From positions 1-64,000 of the IMG/VR virus record IMGVR_UViG_3300028115_000004: a DNA stretch of 64,000 bases; one strand, given 5' to 3'. Every line of letters starts with the position of its first letter. The stretch's first letter is position 1. Made by a program: the position numbers and the translations under genes. The notes beneath the pieces are model-generated. The model saw only the letters and a list, made by a program, of their open reading frames with translations, made no database searches and was not told the DNA's origin. The stretch is from a virus. Below are positions 28,585 to 37,875 of the stretch, in pieces.

Positions 28585-29916
28585 ATGAACTCTTACGATC
28601 ATTTGATTGAGAAGTGGTCTCCCGTTCTGAACGAAAGTTCTGCTGGCGAAATCACCGATTATCACAGAAAAGCAGTTACAGCTGCAATCTTGGAAAACCA
28701 AGAACGTGCAATGCATGAAGAGCGTGCACAACATGCCGGTTTCGGTTCTTTGACCGAAGCAGCGCCTGGTGGCGCTAACACAGGTTCTATCGGTACATGG
28801 GATCCGATTCTGATCTCTCTCGTTAGACGTGCTATGCCTAACCTCATGGCATACGATGTGTGTGGTGTTCAACCGATGTCTGGCCCGACTGGTCTTATCT
28901 TCGCTATGAAGGCAAGATACCAAGGTGGTTCTACTTCTAACCGTGAAGCACTGTTCAACGAAGCTGAAACTCAGTACTCTGGCGACAGCGGTGGTACACA
29001 TGATTCCGACAACGTGTCTGGTTTCAACGGTATCACTCCTACTGGTGACTCTGCTGACGCACTTCGTGCAACTGCTCTTGCTGCAGGCGGTATGCCTACT
29101 GCAGACGCTGAAGCACTTGGTTCGACAGGTGGTTCTTCATTCAACGAGATGGGCTTCACCATCGAAAAGGCAACCGTGACTGCGAAGTCTCGTGCGCTGA
29201 AAGCCGAGTACAGTCTTGAACTCGCACAAGACCTGAAAGCGATTCATGGTCTTGACGCTGAGACTGAACTTGCAAACATTCTCTCTACGGAAATCCTTGC
29301 GGAAATCAACCGTGAAGTTATCCGTACTATCAACAGCCAGGCGAAGACAGGTGCTCTTCAGGCGAACGTTACCAAGCAAGGTATCTTCGATCTGAGCTCT
29401 GACGCTGACGGTCGTTGGTCTGCAGAGAAGTTCAAGGGTCTTGTTGTTCAGCTTGACCGTGAAGCAAACGTAATTGCAAAAGAGACAAGACGTGGTAAGG
29501 GTAACGTTATCGTGTGCTCGTCTGACGTTGCAACTGCACTGTCTGCTTCTGGCATGCTCGACTACACTCCTGCAATGTCTACCAACCTTCAGGTTGACGA
29601 CACTGGTAACACCTTCGCTGGTGTACTGAACGGTCGTATGCGTGTGTACATCGATCCTTATGCACAGACTGACTACGTGACAGTTGGCTACAAGGGTACA
29701 AACGCTTATGACGCAGGTGTGTTCTACTGCCCCTACGTTCCTCTGCAGATGGTTAAGGCAGTTGGTGAGGACACGTTCCAGCCGAAGATCGGATTCAAGA
29801 CTCGCTACGGCATGGCTTCGAACCCCTTCGTTGGTTCAACTCCTGCTGACGGTCTTGCTGCTGCTAAGAGCAACCCGTATTACAGAATCTTCCGTGTGGA
29901 CAACATCCTCGCCTAA
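28585..29916 (+). CDS. gp23: Major capsid protein
   Basis: LVRRAMPNL, GVQPMSGPTGLIFAM, AKSRALKAEYS.ELAQDLKAIHGLDAE, FQPKIGFKTRYG. Confidence 0.98.
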   Translation: MNSYDHLIEKWSPVLNESSAGEITDYHRKAVTAAILENQERAMHEERAQHAGFGSLTEAAPGGANTGSIGTWDPILISLVRRAMPNLMAYDVCGVQPMSGPTGLIFAMKARYQGGSTSNREALFNEAETQYSGDSGGTHDSDNVSGFNGITPTGDSADALRATALAAGGMPTADAEALGSTGGSSFNEMGFTIEKATVTAKSRALKAEYSLELAQDLKAIHGLDAETELANILSTEILAEINREVIRTINSQAKTGALQANVTKQGIFDLSSDADGRWSAEKFKGLVVQLDREANVIAKETRRGKGNVIVCSSDVATALSASGMLDYTPAMSTNLQVDDTGNTFAGVLNGRMRVYIDPYAQTDYVTVGYKGTNAYDAGVFYCPYVPLQMVKAVGEDTFQPKIGFKTRYGMASNPFVGSTPADGLAAAKSNPYYRIFRVDNILA

Positions 29917-29958
29917 GACCTGTATAAAAAATAGAACTAGGTTTACTAGTCATTTTAT

Positions 29959-29986
29959 GGGGAGACTTCGGTCTCCCCTTTTTTTT
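29959..29986 (+). terminator. Rho-independent terminator with cUUCGg tetraloop
   Basis: ggggagac-ttcg-gtctcccc followed by T8. Confidence 0.92.
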
Positions 29987-29994
29987 GACATAAG

Positions 29995-30019
29995 AAAAGG
30001 GGGACTGAATGTCCCCCTT
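29995..30019 (-). terminator. Rho-independent terminator for the minus-strand genes
   Basis: aaaagggggac-tgaat-gtccccct; the U tract is on the minus strand. Confidence 0.75.
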
Positions 30020-30027
30020 AATTTTTA

Positions 30028-31368
30028 TTATACTTGAATAGGATTCTTACCAAGTTTTCTATTATCCTCTCTGGTCTGAATCGCAAAGTTTGACAGTTCG
30101 GATTTGCCTCCATCGGCATACGGTTTGATGTGACCTATTTCAAAGTCAGCAGTCAAAACATCTTCCATTGGAATCTCTACACCTTCAGGAGTAACCCAAC
30201 CCTGATCTTTCGCTGCGATAAGTTTCTCTTCTATGCTGCCATTTCTGCGAGAGTCTAATTGTACGAAGTATTTCGTACAGTCGAACTTCGATGTGATCAA
30301 CTTATTTCGCAGAGTGTTGAAACGAATCTCTCGTGAACGTAACAACTCAGAGAAAGTCGCTGAACGGCCGTTCTCATTGTAAGAATGTTCTGTCTTGTCT
30401 TTCATAAGATCAATCTGAATGTTGATGTAATCTTTAACGAAAGATTCTGGTTCTGTTATTTTCTTTCCACCACGAATCTGTTCTAGATAAATCACAAACA
30501 AATCTAACAAACCATTTTCACGTTTAAAGATAGAGAGATTTTTACCAACAGTCTTCAAGAAGCGTTCAACTTCACGAACAAACTTGTTAACCAATTTGTT
30601 TGCGTTTTCGTTATAGTACATTTCTTCTAGTGATTTAGCGGTAATCTTACTATCTAAACCATCAAGATAGATCATACATAGACCAGCGAAATAATCATCT
30701 AGTTTGCGGCGATTAATTTCTTTTTGTGTAAAGACACCCGCTGCGGAAAAAGTCTTAGAGTATTTTGTAGCGAGTTCACGAATCTCATCTGCAACATTAG
30801 AAAGAATTGGGTTTCTCAACTCTGGTGCGTTAAGAGTAACCCCACTGTTAACAACCAAGAACAAACGAGTAATGTCTTCTCTAGTGGCATTAAGGTAAAC
30901 CTCTAGAGTTATCTTACGTGAATCTAAAATGTTTTTCATTCCAACGGGTAGTTTGGAGTAAGTGCCATTTTCTGAAGTGATAGTGTACACTTCATCACCA
31001 ATAACGTAATTGCCTTCGGGTATACTGAATTTGTTTTGTTTGTATTCAAGAATAGTGTTTGTTCGATTATTAGAATCCAAATTCAGATAGGTTGCCCTTT
31101 CAACAAACTGAGTAAAATAATCCACAGACTTCTTATCGTTACTAATTTCTGCATTGTTCAGACAAGAGTTTACGTGCGCCAGAATAAATTTTGACGGCGC
31201 AGTATTTAAGATCACTGAAACAATAAATGATTGTTTGTTGGATAAGTCCCACCTAGTAACTGATTGACAGTTTAGATCAGCATAGACTTTATCGATGATA
31301 GTCAAGTATGATCCGAAAGTGGTGTTTGAAGTTTTTGATTCAACAGATTTGAATGTTACATTTTTCAT
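30028..31368 (-). CDS. DUF262 (ParB/Srx-like) + C-terminal HNH protein, GmrSD/SspE-like architecture
   Basis: Q..RW...KQSFI.SV, LDSNNRT (variant of DGQQR), LF..VNSGVTL, C-terminal EIGHIKPYADGGKSELSNF....DNR. Confidence 0.7.
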   Translation of the reverse strand: MKNVTFKSVESKTSNTTFGSYLTIIDKVYADLNCQSVTRWDLSNKQSFIVSVILNTAPSKFILAHVNSCLNNAEISNDKKSVDYFTQFVERATYLNLDSNNRTNTILEYKQNKFSIPEGNYVIGDEVYTITSENGTYSKLPVGMKNILDSRKITLEVYLNATREDITRLFLVVNSGVTLNAPELRNPILSNVADEIRELATKYSKTFSAAGVFTQKEINRRKLDDYFAGLCMIYLDGLDSKITAKSLEEMYYNENANKLVNKFVREVERFLKTVGKNLSIFKRENGLLDLFVIYLEQIRGGKKITEPESFVKDYINIQIDLMKDKTEHSYNENGRSATFSELLRSREIRFNTLRNKLITSKFDCTKYFVQLDSRRNGSIEEKLIAAKDQGWVTPEGVEIPMEDVLTADFEIGHIKPYADGGKSELSNFAIQTREDNRKLGKNPIQV

Positions 31369-31449
31369 AATAATTACCTTATATACATTAGTTGGGTTTT
31401 GTAGGAAGAGAAGGAGTCACCATGAGTCGTTCTTTGAACCTACAATCAT

Positions 31450-31479
31450 ATAGTACCATAAGTATTTCTACTTTGGCAA
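31450..31479 (-). promoter_or_regulatory. Sigma70-like promoter TTGCCA-18-TACTAT
   Basis: Read on the minus strand upstream of the DUF262-HNH gene; extended TG present. Confidence 0.55.
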
Positions 31480-31484
31480 TACTT

Positions 31485-32615
31485 TTATCGAATAATATCG
31501 ATATCTTCTGCGTTAGTGTTCCAAGTCTCTACAACGGAACGCAGTCTACCGTCTGACTTCAGAGACTCGTATCGTTTACCTGCCTTCTTACGCCACCATT
31601 CAATGACGTTCTCCACTTCGAAACGATCAAAGTTTTCAGCCCTGACCAACTCATCGGTCTCAAGGTTGAGGTACTGTGGTACGTTACTGTACCCGTAGGT
31701 AGAGAAGAAGGAACGTTTCTTCTCAGTCAACCCTTTCGCATTAGAAAAGGTCTGACAGAACTTCGCATAGGCATCCTCATCGTGATGTTTGAGAGAGGAC
31801 TTGATGATAGACGCCATCTTGGTCTGCGTCTTCAACTTGCGTGAAGATGCGTCAGCAGGAACCAAGAACTCACCATCGTTACGTACCTTAAACCAATCGT
31901 TCAGTTTACGGAAGTTGTCATCGTTGATGAGCGGTGCGAAGTTTGAGTCTGTCAGACCGTTAAACCTCAATAGTGGTTTCATCCCGTCATACATCGAAGA
32001 TGACTTGGATGACCCATATAGTGAAGTAGTCTCAAACATACAGATGTTTGCGGCATACTTCTTACTCAGTGCGAGTCGCACTTTGTGGGAACAACAGATG
32101 GCTGCAAGTAACTTACCACCAAGGTAGTTGAACCCGAACGGTTGAGTGGGTACAATGTTGAACCCCATTATCACTGACTGATTGAATCGACGCATCACGT
32201 CCGGACTCATCGTGTCCAGTGGTTTACCCAACCATTCATTACGTGGACGTGAGTTGATCGTCGGAGAACCGAAACGAATCATACCCACAACCATACCCGA
32301 ATTCTTTTCTTTGACCAACCACAACATCTGCTTGCCTGGGATACTTGACTCGACGGGTGCAGATGTGGTAATCTCCATGTATGACATGAACTGATCTTGA
32401 CGACACTCCGAAACCACAAACTCCATATCATTGGGGTGCATGTCGAACTTGTCGAACAGATCATTCTCAGGGCCCATGCCTGGCAAACTGCAAGGGAACG
32501 TCTCCATCCGTTCCATTTTAATCTTACGCATGTAATCGTCGATGCGGTCGAAGTTTGCAAAGAACTCTTCGAACACATTCGCAGCGTAGTGTGCGTCTTC
32601 TCTAGTTAGTAACAT
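31485..32615 (-). CDS. DUF4338/Druantia DruA-like protein
   Basis: PFGFNYLGGKLLA.IC.SH, FETTSLYG.SKSSSMYDG resemble DruA/DUF4338 motifs as recalled; no search was run. Confidence 0.6.
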   Translation of the reverse strand: MLLTREDAHYAANVFEEFFANFDRIDDYMRKIKMERMETFPCSLPGMGPENDLFDKFDMHPNDMEFVVSECRQDQFMSYMEITTSAPVESSIPGKQMLWLVKEKNSGMVVGMIRFGSPTINSRPRNEWLGKPLDTMSPDVMRRFNQSVIMGFNIVPTQPFGFNYLGGKLLAAICCSHKVRLALSKKYAANICMFETTSLYGSSKSSSMYDGMKPLLRFNGLTDSNFAPLINDDNFRKLNDWFKVRNDGEFLVPADASSRKLKTQTKMASIIKSSLKHHDEDAYAKFCQTFSNAKGLTEKKRSFFSTYGYSNVPQYLNLETDELVRAENFDRFEVENVIEWWRKKAGKRYESLKSDGRLRSVVETWNTNAEDIDIIR

Positions 32616-32639
32616 ATGATCCTCTCATCAATACTAATC

Positions 32640-32669
32640 ATTATATAGCAAAAGTATAGGGGTTGTCAA
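32640..32669 (-). promoter_or_regulatory. Sigma70-like promoter TTGACA-18-TATAAT
   Basis: Consensus boxes on the minus strand, back-to-back with the gp3 late promoter. Confidence 0.8.
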
Positions 32670-32672
32670 GCG

Positions 32673-32680
32673 TATAAATA
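32673..32680 (+). promoter_or_regulatory. T4 late promoter TATAAATA
   Basis: Exact consensus upstream of gp3. Confidence 0.85.
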
Positions 32681-32704
32681 GAGAAAGTGATATAGGAGAT
32701 ATTC

Positions 32705-33205
32705 ATGGCAACTCTAACTGACAACAAAAACTATCTACAACCTACAGGGTTTGCGGTATCCATCGAAAAGACGAATTACCCAAACCTTCAATATTTCGCA
32801 CAGAGTGTAACACACCCTGGCGCTTCTGTCAACCCTATCGAACTGCCAGGCAGAAGAATTTCTGCATTACCCTTTGCGGGTGACAAGATTACCTATACGG
32901 AACTGTCCATCGACTTCATCCTTGATGAGGACATGGCATCCTATCAGGAGATGCAGGCTTGGTTGGAGAGAATGGTTAACGAAGGAAACATCACTAAGGC
33001 CCAAGCTCTCGCAGATAACACGATATCTACCTTTGCGGATATCACTCTCTCTATCCTCACTAGTCACAACAACCCCAACAAGAGGATTCGGTACTTCAAC
33101 TGCATCCCTACCAACATTGGGTCTATTGAGTTGAACGCAACTCAGAATCAGACCTATCTAACATACACAGCATCCTTCAGGTTCGATACATTTGAGTTGA
33201 TTTAA
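32705..33205 (+). CDS. gp3: Tail tube terminator/completion protein
   Basis: NYLQPTGF, GDKITY.EL.IDFILDEDM..Y.EM..W, DITLSILTSHNN; synteny before uvsY. Confidence 0.8.
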   Translation: MATLTDNKNYLQPTGFAVSIEKTNYPNLQYFAQSVTHPGASVNPIELPGRRISALPFAGDKITYTELSIDFILDEDMASYQEMQAWLERMVNEGNITKAQALADNTISTFADITLSILTSHNNPNKRIRYFNCIPTNIGSIELNATQNQTYLTYTASFRFDTFELI

Positions 33206-33206
33206 T

Positions 33207-33857
33207 ATGCAAAGAATTGAGATTAAGAACAAAAGAGTTCTTGACATATTAGATGATGTACGTTATAATTATACTAAGAAATACGATATCAAAACGATAT
33301 GTAAGGATTCTGGTCATCCAGATAATGCGAGGTGGTATACCTCAGACAAGTACCGAGATGCTATTATAGCTTCCGGAACTAAACATAAGGGTGGAGCTGA
33401 TTTTGCACACGCTTGGTTTTTAAAACCTTTTCATATAAAAGATGAAGTAGATGACAAGTTAAGGAAACAATATAAGGAAGATTGGATTGATCTAGATCGG
33501 AGATTGAAAATCGAACTTGGTCTTAAGACTAGCGCATTGCTTTTATATTATCCTCCCAAGGGACATATCGAATGGCACAACAATGCTAATGCTTCTGCGT
33601 ACAACCTGATCTTTACATACAGTGAAACTGGGGATGGTTGGTTCCGGTACTATGACCTAGAGAAGGGCGAGAACGTGACCATGCAGGACAAGAAGGGTTG
33701 GAGTCTGAAGGCTGGTTACTTTTCAGATTATGATGAACCAAATAACTTGGTGTATCATTGTGCATACACCGATTGTGATAGGATAACATTGTCCTATGTA
33801 TTAGGTAAACGTAAAGATTATTGGCAAGATTGTATAGATTATATTAGTGAGGAATAA
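33207..33857 (+). CDS. 2OG-Fe(II) oxygenase-like protein, HxN variant (paralog 2 of 3)
   Basis: YYPPKGHIEWHNNAN..YNLIFTYSETGDGWF...GWSLKAGYF...VYHCAY..CDRITLSY. Confidence 0.7.
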   Translation: MQRIEIKNKRVLDILDDVRYNYTKKYDIKTICKDSGHPDNARWYTSDKYRDAIIASGTKHKGGADFAHAWFLKPFHIKDEVDDKLRKQYKEDWIDLDRRLKIELGLKTSALLLYYPPKGHIEWHNNANASAYNLIFTYSETGDGWFRYYDLEKGENVTMQDKKGWSLKAGYFSDYDEPNNLVYHCAYTDCDRITLSYVLGKRKDYWQDCIDYISEE

Positions 33858-33858
33858 T

Positions 33859-34305
33859 ATGTTAGACCTTGAGTCTGTTTTGAAAGAGTGGGAAGAAGAT
33901 TCTAAGATTCCCATGCACCAACTTGATGAGACTTCTCGTAGCACCCCATCGTTACATGCGAAGTATCTGCAATACCTGTCACTGACCAAGTTGCAACTGA
34001 AACGTGCAGAACACGGTCAGAAGACTCTACTCAAAGACAAGTTCTTCTACTATGAAGGCAAGATGTCTCAGGAAGAGATCAAAGACAAGAAGTGGACGTA
34101 TGACCCCTTTGAAGGAAACATGCCTACCAAGGCGATGAAAGAAAAGTTCTATGACGCAGACGGAGACATCCAGAAGTCTGAAGAAAGAATTGAGTACTAT
34201 AAAGTTCTTATAAGTACATTGACGGAAATAGTTGATAGTCTCAAGTGGAGACACCAAACCATTAAGAACATCATCGACTGGAGAAGGTTTGAATCAGGCG
34301 GATAA
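33859..34305 (+). CDS. uvsY: Recombination mediator UvsY
   Basis: W..DS.I....LD..S...P.LHAKY, YYEGK, RHQTIKNIIDWRRFESG. Confidence 0.88.
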   Translation: MLDLESVLKEWEEDSKIPMHQLDETSRSTPSLHAKYLQYLSLTKLQLKRAEHGQKTLLKDKFFYYEGKMSQEEIKDKKWTYDPFEGNMPTKAMKEKFYDADGDIQKSEERIEYYKVLISTLTEIVDSLKWRHQTIKNIIDWRRFESGG

Positions 34306-35782
34306 CACAATACGAGTGGGATTAGTCAACCACTCTTATATGGCGATTGAGAGTAATCCCGCTCAGGAACAGGAGCTACGGGAGTACTTCTCTTTCTTTG
34401 TGCCTGGCCATAAGTTCATGCCCGCATTCAAGAAACGTGTCTGGGACGGTAAGATCAAACTCTACAACCAAGTCACCAAACAACTGAATGTGGGTCTCTA
34501 TCATCATTTACGTAAGTTCTGTGCGGATCGTTTCTATCCTCTACAGATCGTAGACAGTTATGAGTGGGGTACACCAACCGCAAAGAACAAGATCAACCAT
34601 CCTGAGTTGGTGAAGTTTCTGGGCGGCCTAAAAACACCCTTTGAACCCCATGAGTATCAGTATGACGCAATCTCTCATGCGGTAGAGAACCGTAGGGCCA
34701 TTCTACTGTCTCCCACAGGATCAGGCAAGTCTTTTATCATCTATAATATCATGAGGTGGTTTGAGAAGAACGAGAACGGAAAGATTCTTGTTGTCGTACC
34801 AACAACCTCTCTGGTAGAACAGATGTACAAGGACTTCTCTGAGTATGGGTATGACGTAGAGAATCACTGTCACATGGTCTACTCCGGTAAGGAGAAGAAC
34901 ACGGACAAGAGGGTCATCATCTCTACGTGGCAGTCCATCTACAAGTTCCCTCATGAGTGGTTCGAACAGTTCCATTGTATTTTCGGAGATGAAGTCCATT
35001 TATTCAAGGCAAAATCTCTGTCTACCCTTATGGACAAGTGCGTCAATGCAAGCTATCGCTTTGGTACTACGGGTACACTTGACGGAACAGAGACGAACAA
35101 ACTGGTATTGGAAGGTTTATTCGGCCCTGTATTTAAGGTGACTACCACCGTAAAACTGCAGGAAAGTAAACAACTCGCAGACCTAGACATCAAGGTTATT
35201 CTTCTAAGATACCCTAACGACGAATGTGCGAAACTCAACGGTAAGACCTATCAGGAAGAACTTGACTACATAGTTACTAGTGAGAAACGCAATCGATTCA
35301 TCACCAATCTCACAGTTGACCAGAAAGGGAACACTCTGGTATTGTTTCAGTTCGTAGAGAAACATGGTAAAGTCCTATTCGACATGATCAGGGATGCGGT
35401 CGGAGAGGATCGAAAGGTGTTCTATGTCTCAGGTGAAGTTGATGCGAGTGATCGTGAACAGATACGTGGAATAGTGGAGAAACAGAAAGATGCTATTATC
35501 GTCGCCTCACTTGGCACTTTTAGTACTGGTATCAATATTCGTAATTTGCACAATATCGTTTTCGCTACACCTAGTAAGTCGCAGGTCAAGGTACTCCAAT
35601 CAATCGGTCGTGGCCTCAGAAAATCTGATGACGGTTCTGTTACTAAGTTATTTGACATTGCTGATGATTTTCATATGAAGGGGTATCGCAACTTTACTCT
35701 GAGACACAGCGCAGAAAGAATCAAGATATATACTAAGGAAGGATTTAAATATAAAGTCTTCCCTATAAATCTGAAAGGATAG
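34289..35782 (+). CDS. uvsW: SF2 helicase UvsW
   Basis: WDGKIKL, SPTGSGKS, DEVH, GTTGT, LQSIGRGLR; probable TTG start at 34289 after ggag. Confidence 0.95.
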   Translation: MNQADNTIRVGLVNHSYMAIESNPAQEQELREYFSFFVPGHKFMPAFKKRVWDGKIKLYNQVTKQLNVGLYHHLRKFCADRFYPLQIVDSYEWGTPTAKNKINHPELVKFLGGLKTPFEPHEYQYDAISHAVENRRAILLSPTGSGKSFIIYNIMRWFEKNENGKILVVVPTTSLVEQMYKDFSEYGYDVENHCHMVYSGKEKNTDKRVIISTWQSIYKFPHEWFEQFHCIFGDEVHLFKAKSLSTLMDKCVNASYRFGTTGTLDGTETNKLVLEGLFGPVFKVTTTVKLQESKQLADLDIKVILLRYPNDECAKLNGKTYQEELDYIVTSEKRNRFITNLTVDQKGNTLVLFQFVEKHGKVLFDMIRDAVGEDRKVFYVSGEVDASDREQIRGIVEKQKDAIIVASLGTFSTGINIRNLHNIVFATPSKSQVKVLQSIGRGLRKSDDGSVTKLFDIADDFHMKGYRNFTLRHSAERIKIYTKEGFKYKVFPINLKG

Positions 35783-35785
35783 ATC

Positions 35786-36145
35786 ATGTCAACAAATATA
35801 AAGCAGTTAAAATTAAGTACTGGTGAAGAAGTGATCTGCGAAGTTGTCGAGGACGATGATTTCGAAGTCATTGTTAAGAATGCTCTTAAGGTGGTGTCGA
35901 AGATTCAGGATGGGTATAAATTCTATACCTTCAAGAACTTCATGATCTATCAAGATCAACCTCATTCGTTGCAGGTCATTCGGGCTGACCACATTGTTTC
36001 ATATGCAGTTCCGCCTAAAGATTTGATTATAGAGTGGGAGACTGGATTGCAACAGATGTACGAACAGGGTGAAGAAGAACCTCAAATGATGGTATCAGGA
36101 GATTCGGATAGTAACATTATACCCTTTAAACCGTTATTGCACTGA
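35786..36145 (+). CDS. Conserved T4-like hypothetical protein (Sm-like fold possible)
   Basis: KQLKLSTGEEVICEV start, typical of the gene between uvsW and gp55. Confidence 0.65.
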   Translation: MSTNIKQLKLSTGEEVICEVVEDDDFEVIVKNALKVVSKIQDGYKFYTFKNFMIYQDQPHSLQVIRADHIVSYAVPPKDLIIEWETGLQQMYEQGEEEPQMMVSGDSDSNIIPFKPLLH

Positions 36146-36200
36146 GGGTATATTCAACCCTGCCCGGAAACTTAAAGTATTATATCATAGATTTTTTATT

Positions 36201-36635
36201 ATGTCAAGACAAATTGTAGGATTTACCGCTTCAACCTTTGATCTGTTACATGCTGGTCACGTCTCTATGTTAAGAGAGTCGAAGGAACAGTGTGACTATC
36301 TGATCTGCGGACTGCAGGTCGATCCCTCTATGGACAGACCGGAAAAGAACAAACCCGTCCAGACTCTAGTAGAGAGATACACTCAACTGGCGGGTCTTCG
36401 TTTCGTCGATGAGATCATCCCCTATCAGACCGAAGAAGATTTGGAAGACATTCTGAAGATGGTCAACATCGATGTACGCATCATCGGTTCCGAGTATAAG
36501 GATAAGACGTTCACAGGACGTGCGACTTGTGCAGCTCGTGGAATCGAAATCTATTTTAACCAGAGGGATCATAGGTTCTCTACCAGTGATCTGCGGAAAA
36601 GAGTAGTTGACAGTGAGACCCAATCTGGTTTATAA
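36201..36635 (+). CDS. Cytidylyltransferase (TagD/glycerol-3-phosphate cytidylyltransferase-like)
   Basis: TFDLLHAGH (HxGH), VDEIIPY, IGSEY, RDHRFSTS. Confidence 0.85.
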   Translation: MSRQIVGFTASTFDLLHAGHVSMLRESKEQCDYLICGLQVDPSMDRPEKNKPVQTLVERYTQLAGLRFVDEIIPYQTEEDLEDILKMVNIDVRIIGSEYKDKTFTGRATCAARGIEIYFNQRDHRFSTSDLRKRVVDSETQSGL

Positions 36636-36636
36636 T
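36607..36636 (+). promoter_or_regulatory. Sigma70-like promoter TTGACA-18-TATAAT for gp55
   Basis: Consensus boxes. Confidence 0.75.
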
Positions 36637-36665
36637 ATGCAAAATATGAGGAGTAATAGTACCAA

Positions 36666-37274
36666 ATGAAACCGAAAGATAAACCACATTACGTCAACAA
36701 CAAGGAGTTCTCTCAATCAGTAGTAGACTACTGTGAAAGGGTTGCTTGGTGTAAGAAAAAGGGTGACACAACACCGATTGTCCCCAACTATATCGCTGAG
36801 TGTTTCCTGAAGATTGCGGAAGGTCTATCTCACAAATCTAATTTCGTTAGGTACACCTACCGTGAAGAGATGGTCATGGATGCGGTTGAGAACTGCCTGA
36901 AGGCCATTGAGAACTATAATGTCGAGACTGCGACTCGCACGGGTAACCCCAATGCGTTTGCATACTTCACACAAATCTCTTGGTATGCGTTTCTTCGTCG
37001 TATTCAACGTGAGAAGAAGCAACAGGATATCAAATTGAAGTACATCTCTGAGGCAGGCGTAGAGGCGTTCCTAGACGGACATTCAGACCAAGAAAGGGAC
37101 TATTCGAACGTTGTTCCCTTTGTGGACGTACTGCGTCACAGGATCGATATTGTGAAGGACGCAGACGCAGAGTTCAAAGAATATGTGAACGAACAGAAGA
37201 AAAGAAAACGTCGAACTGTAAAGGCTGACTCTGATCTGACGGATTTCCTTATAGATGAAACGAGTTCTGAGTGA
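36666..37274 (+). CDS. gp55: Late-transcription sigma factor
   Basis: HYVNNKEF, IAEGLSHK.NF..YTYREEM..DA.ENC, NAFAYFTQI...AFLRRI..EKKQ. Confidence 0.95.
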   Translation: MKPKDKPHYVNNKEFSQSVVDYCERVAWCKKKGDTTPIVPNYIAECFLKIAEGLSHKSNFVRYTYREEMVMDAVENCLKAIENYNVETATRTGNPNAFAYFTQISWYAFLRRIQREKKQQDIKLKYISEAGVEAFLDGHSDQERDYSNVVPFVDVLRHRIDIVKDADAEFKEYVNEQKKRKRRTVKADSDLTDFLIDETSSE

Positions 37275-37815
37275 ACTGTGTTATTGGGAATTCCCTGTTC
37301 CTGATAACGTAATGGATACCATCGGTGCGGAGATATATTTCGAACCACCGAATGAATCCTACAACCACAGACTTGCTGGTAACATTGAGAACGAGTATGT
37401 GTTGCGATATTCTCGTGATGCGATTCGTGACTTTATTGTCGGACAGGCTTGGGCAGAGTTAGGTGCACCTTACGAACTAACGGACGTGTGGGTAAACATG
37501 CAGAAGGCGGGGGAGTTCAATCCCCCACACTCTCATGGTGGAGACTATAGTTTTGTGATCTTCCATACCATACCCTACCGAATTGAACATGAGATGGCGC
37601 AGTTCCCCGTAGTGAACGGGGGTTCTGTTGCAGGACACTTCTCGTTCTTATACCAAGATACTGTGAAGGGTGGGGTGGTCAGTCACATGATTCCCGTGGA
37701 TAAAAACTATGAAGGATTCTGTTTCTTATTCCCCGCCAACCTTAAACATGCGGTCTATCCTTTCTATACAACGACAGACCACCGAATCACGGTTGCAGGA
37801 AATCTTGTCAAATAG
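37255..37815 (+). CDS. Putative 2OG-Fe(II) oxygenase (TIGR02466-like)
   Basis: WVNMQKAGEFNPPHSH..SFVI...LFPA.L.H.VYPF....RITVAGN. Confidence 0.75.
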   Translation: MKRVLSELCYWEFPVPDNVMDTIGAEIYFEPPNESYNHRLAGNIENEYVLRYSRDAIRDFIVGQAWAELGAPYELTDVWVNMQKAGEFNPPHSHGGDYSFVIFHTIPYRIEHEMAQFPVVNGGSVAGHFSFLYQDTVKGGVVSHMIPVDKNYEGFCFLFPANLKHAVYPFYTTTDHRITVAGNLVK

Positions 37816-37817
37816 TA

Positions 37818-37846
37818 TTGACATATAGCAATATTTTTGATATAAT
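37818..37846 (+). promoter_or_regulatory. Sigma70-like promoter TTGACA-17-TATAAT for gp47
   Basis: Consensus boxes with extended TG. Confidence 0.8.
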
Positions 37847-37875
37847 GTCGGGATATATTGTAAAATAGGTATATT

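Noticed and set aside
27409-29001. Long antisense ORFs over gp21-gp23 (and similar ones over gp18, gp43, gp44)
   Set aside because: They lie opposite well-conserved genes, have no recognisable motifs, and are expected from codon bias.
29916-32705. Absence of gp24 after gp23 as a novelty
   Set aside because: Marine T4-like phages commonly lack a separate vertex gene here, and it could lie outside the window.
37805-37823. tgtcaa-atagta-ttgaca inverted repeat as a shared operator with the palindromes at 6457 and 39307
   Set aside because: The three palindromes share no sequence beyond the -35 box itself, so there is too little evidence for a common regulator.
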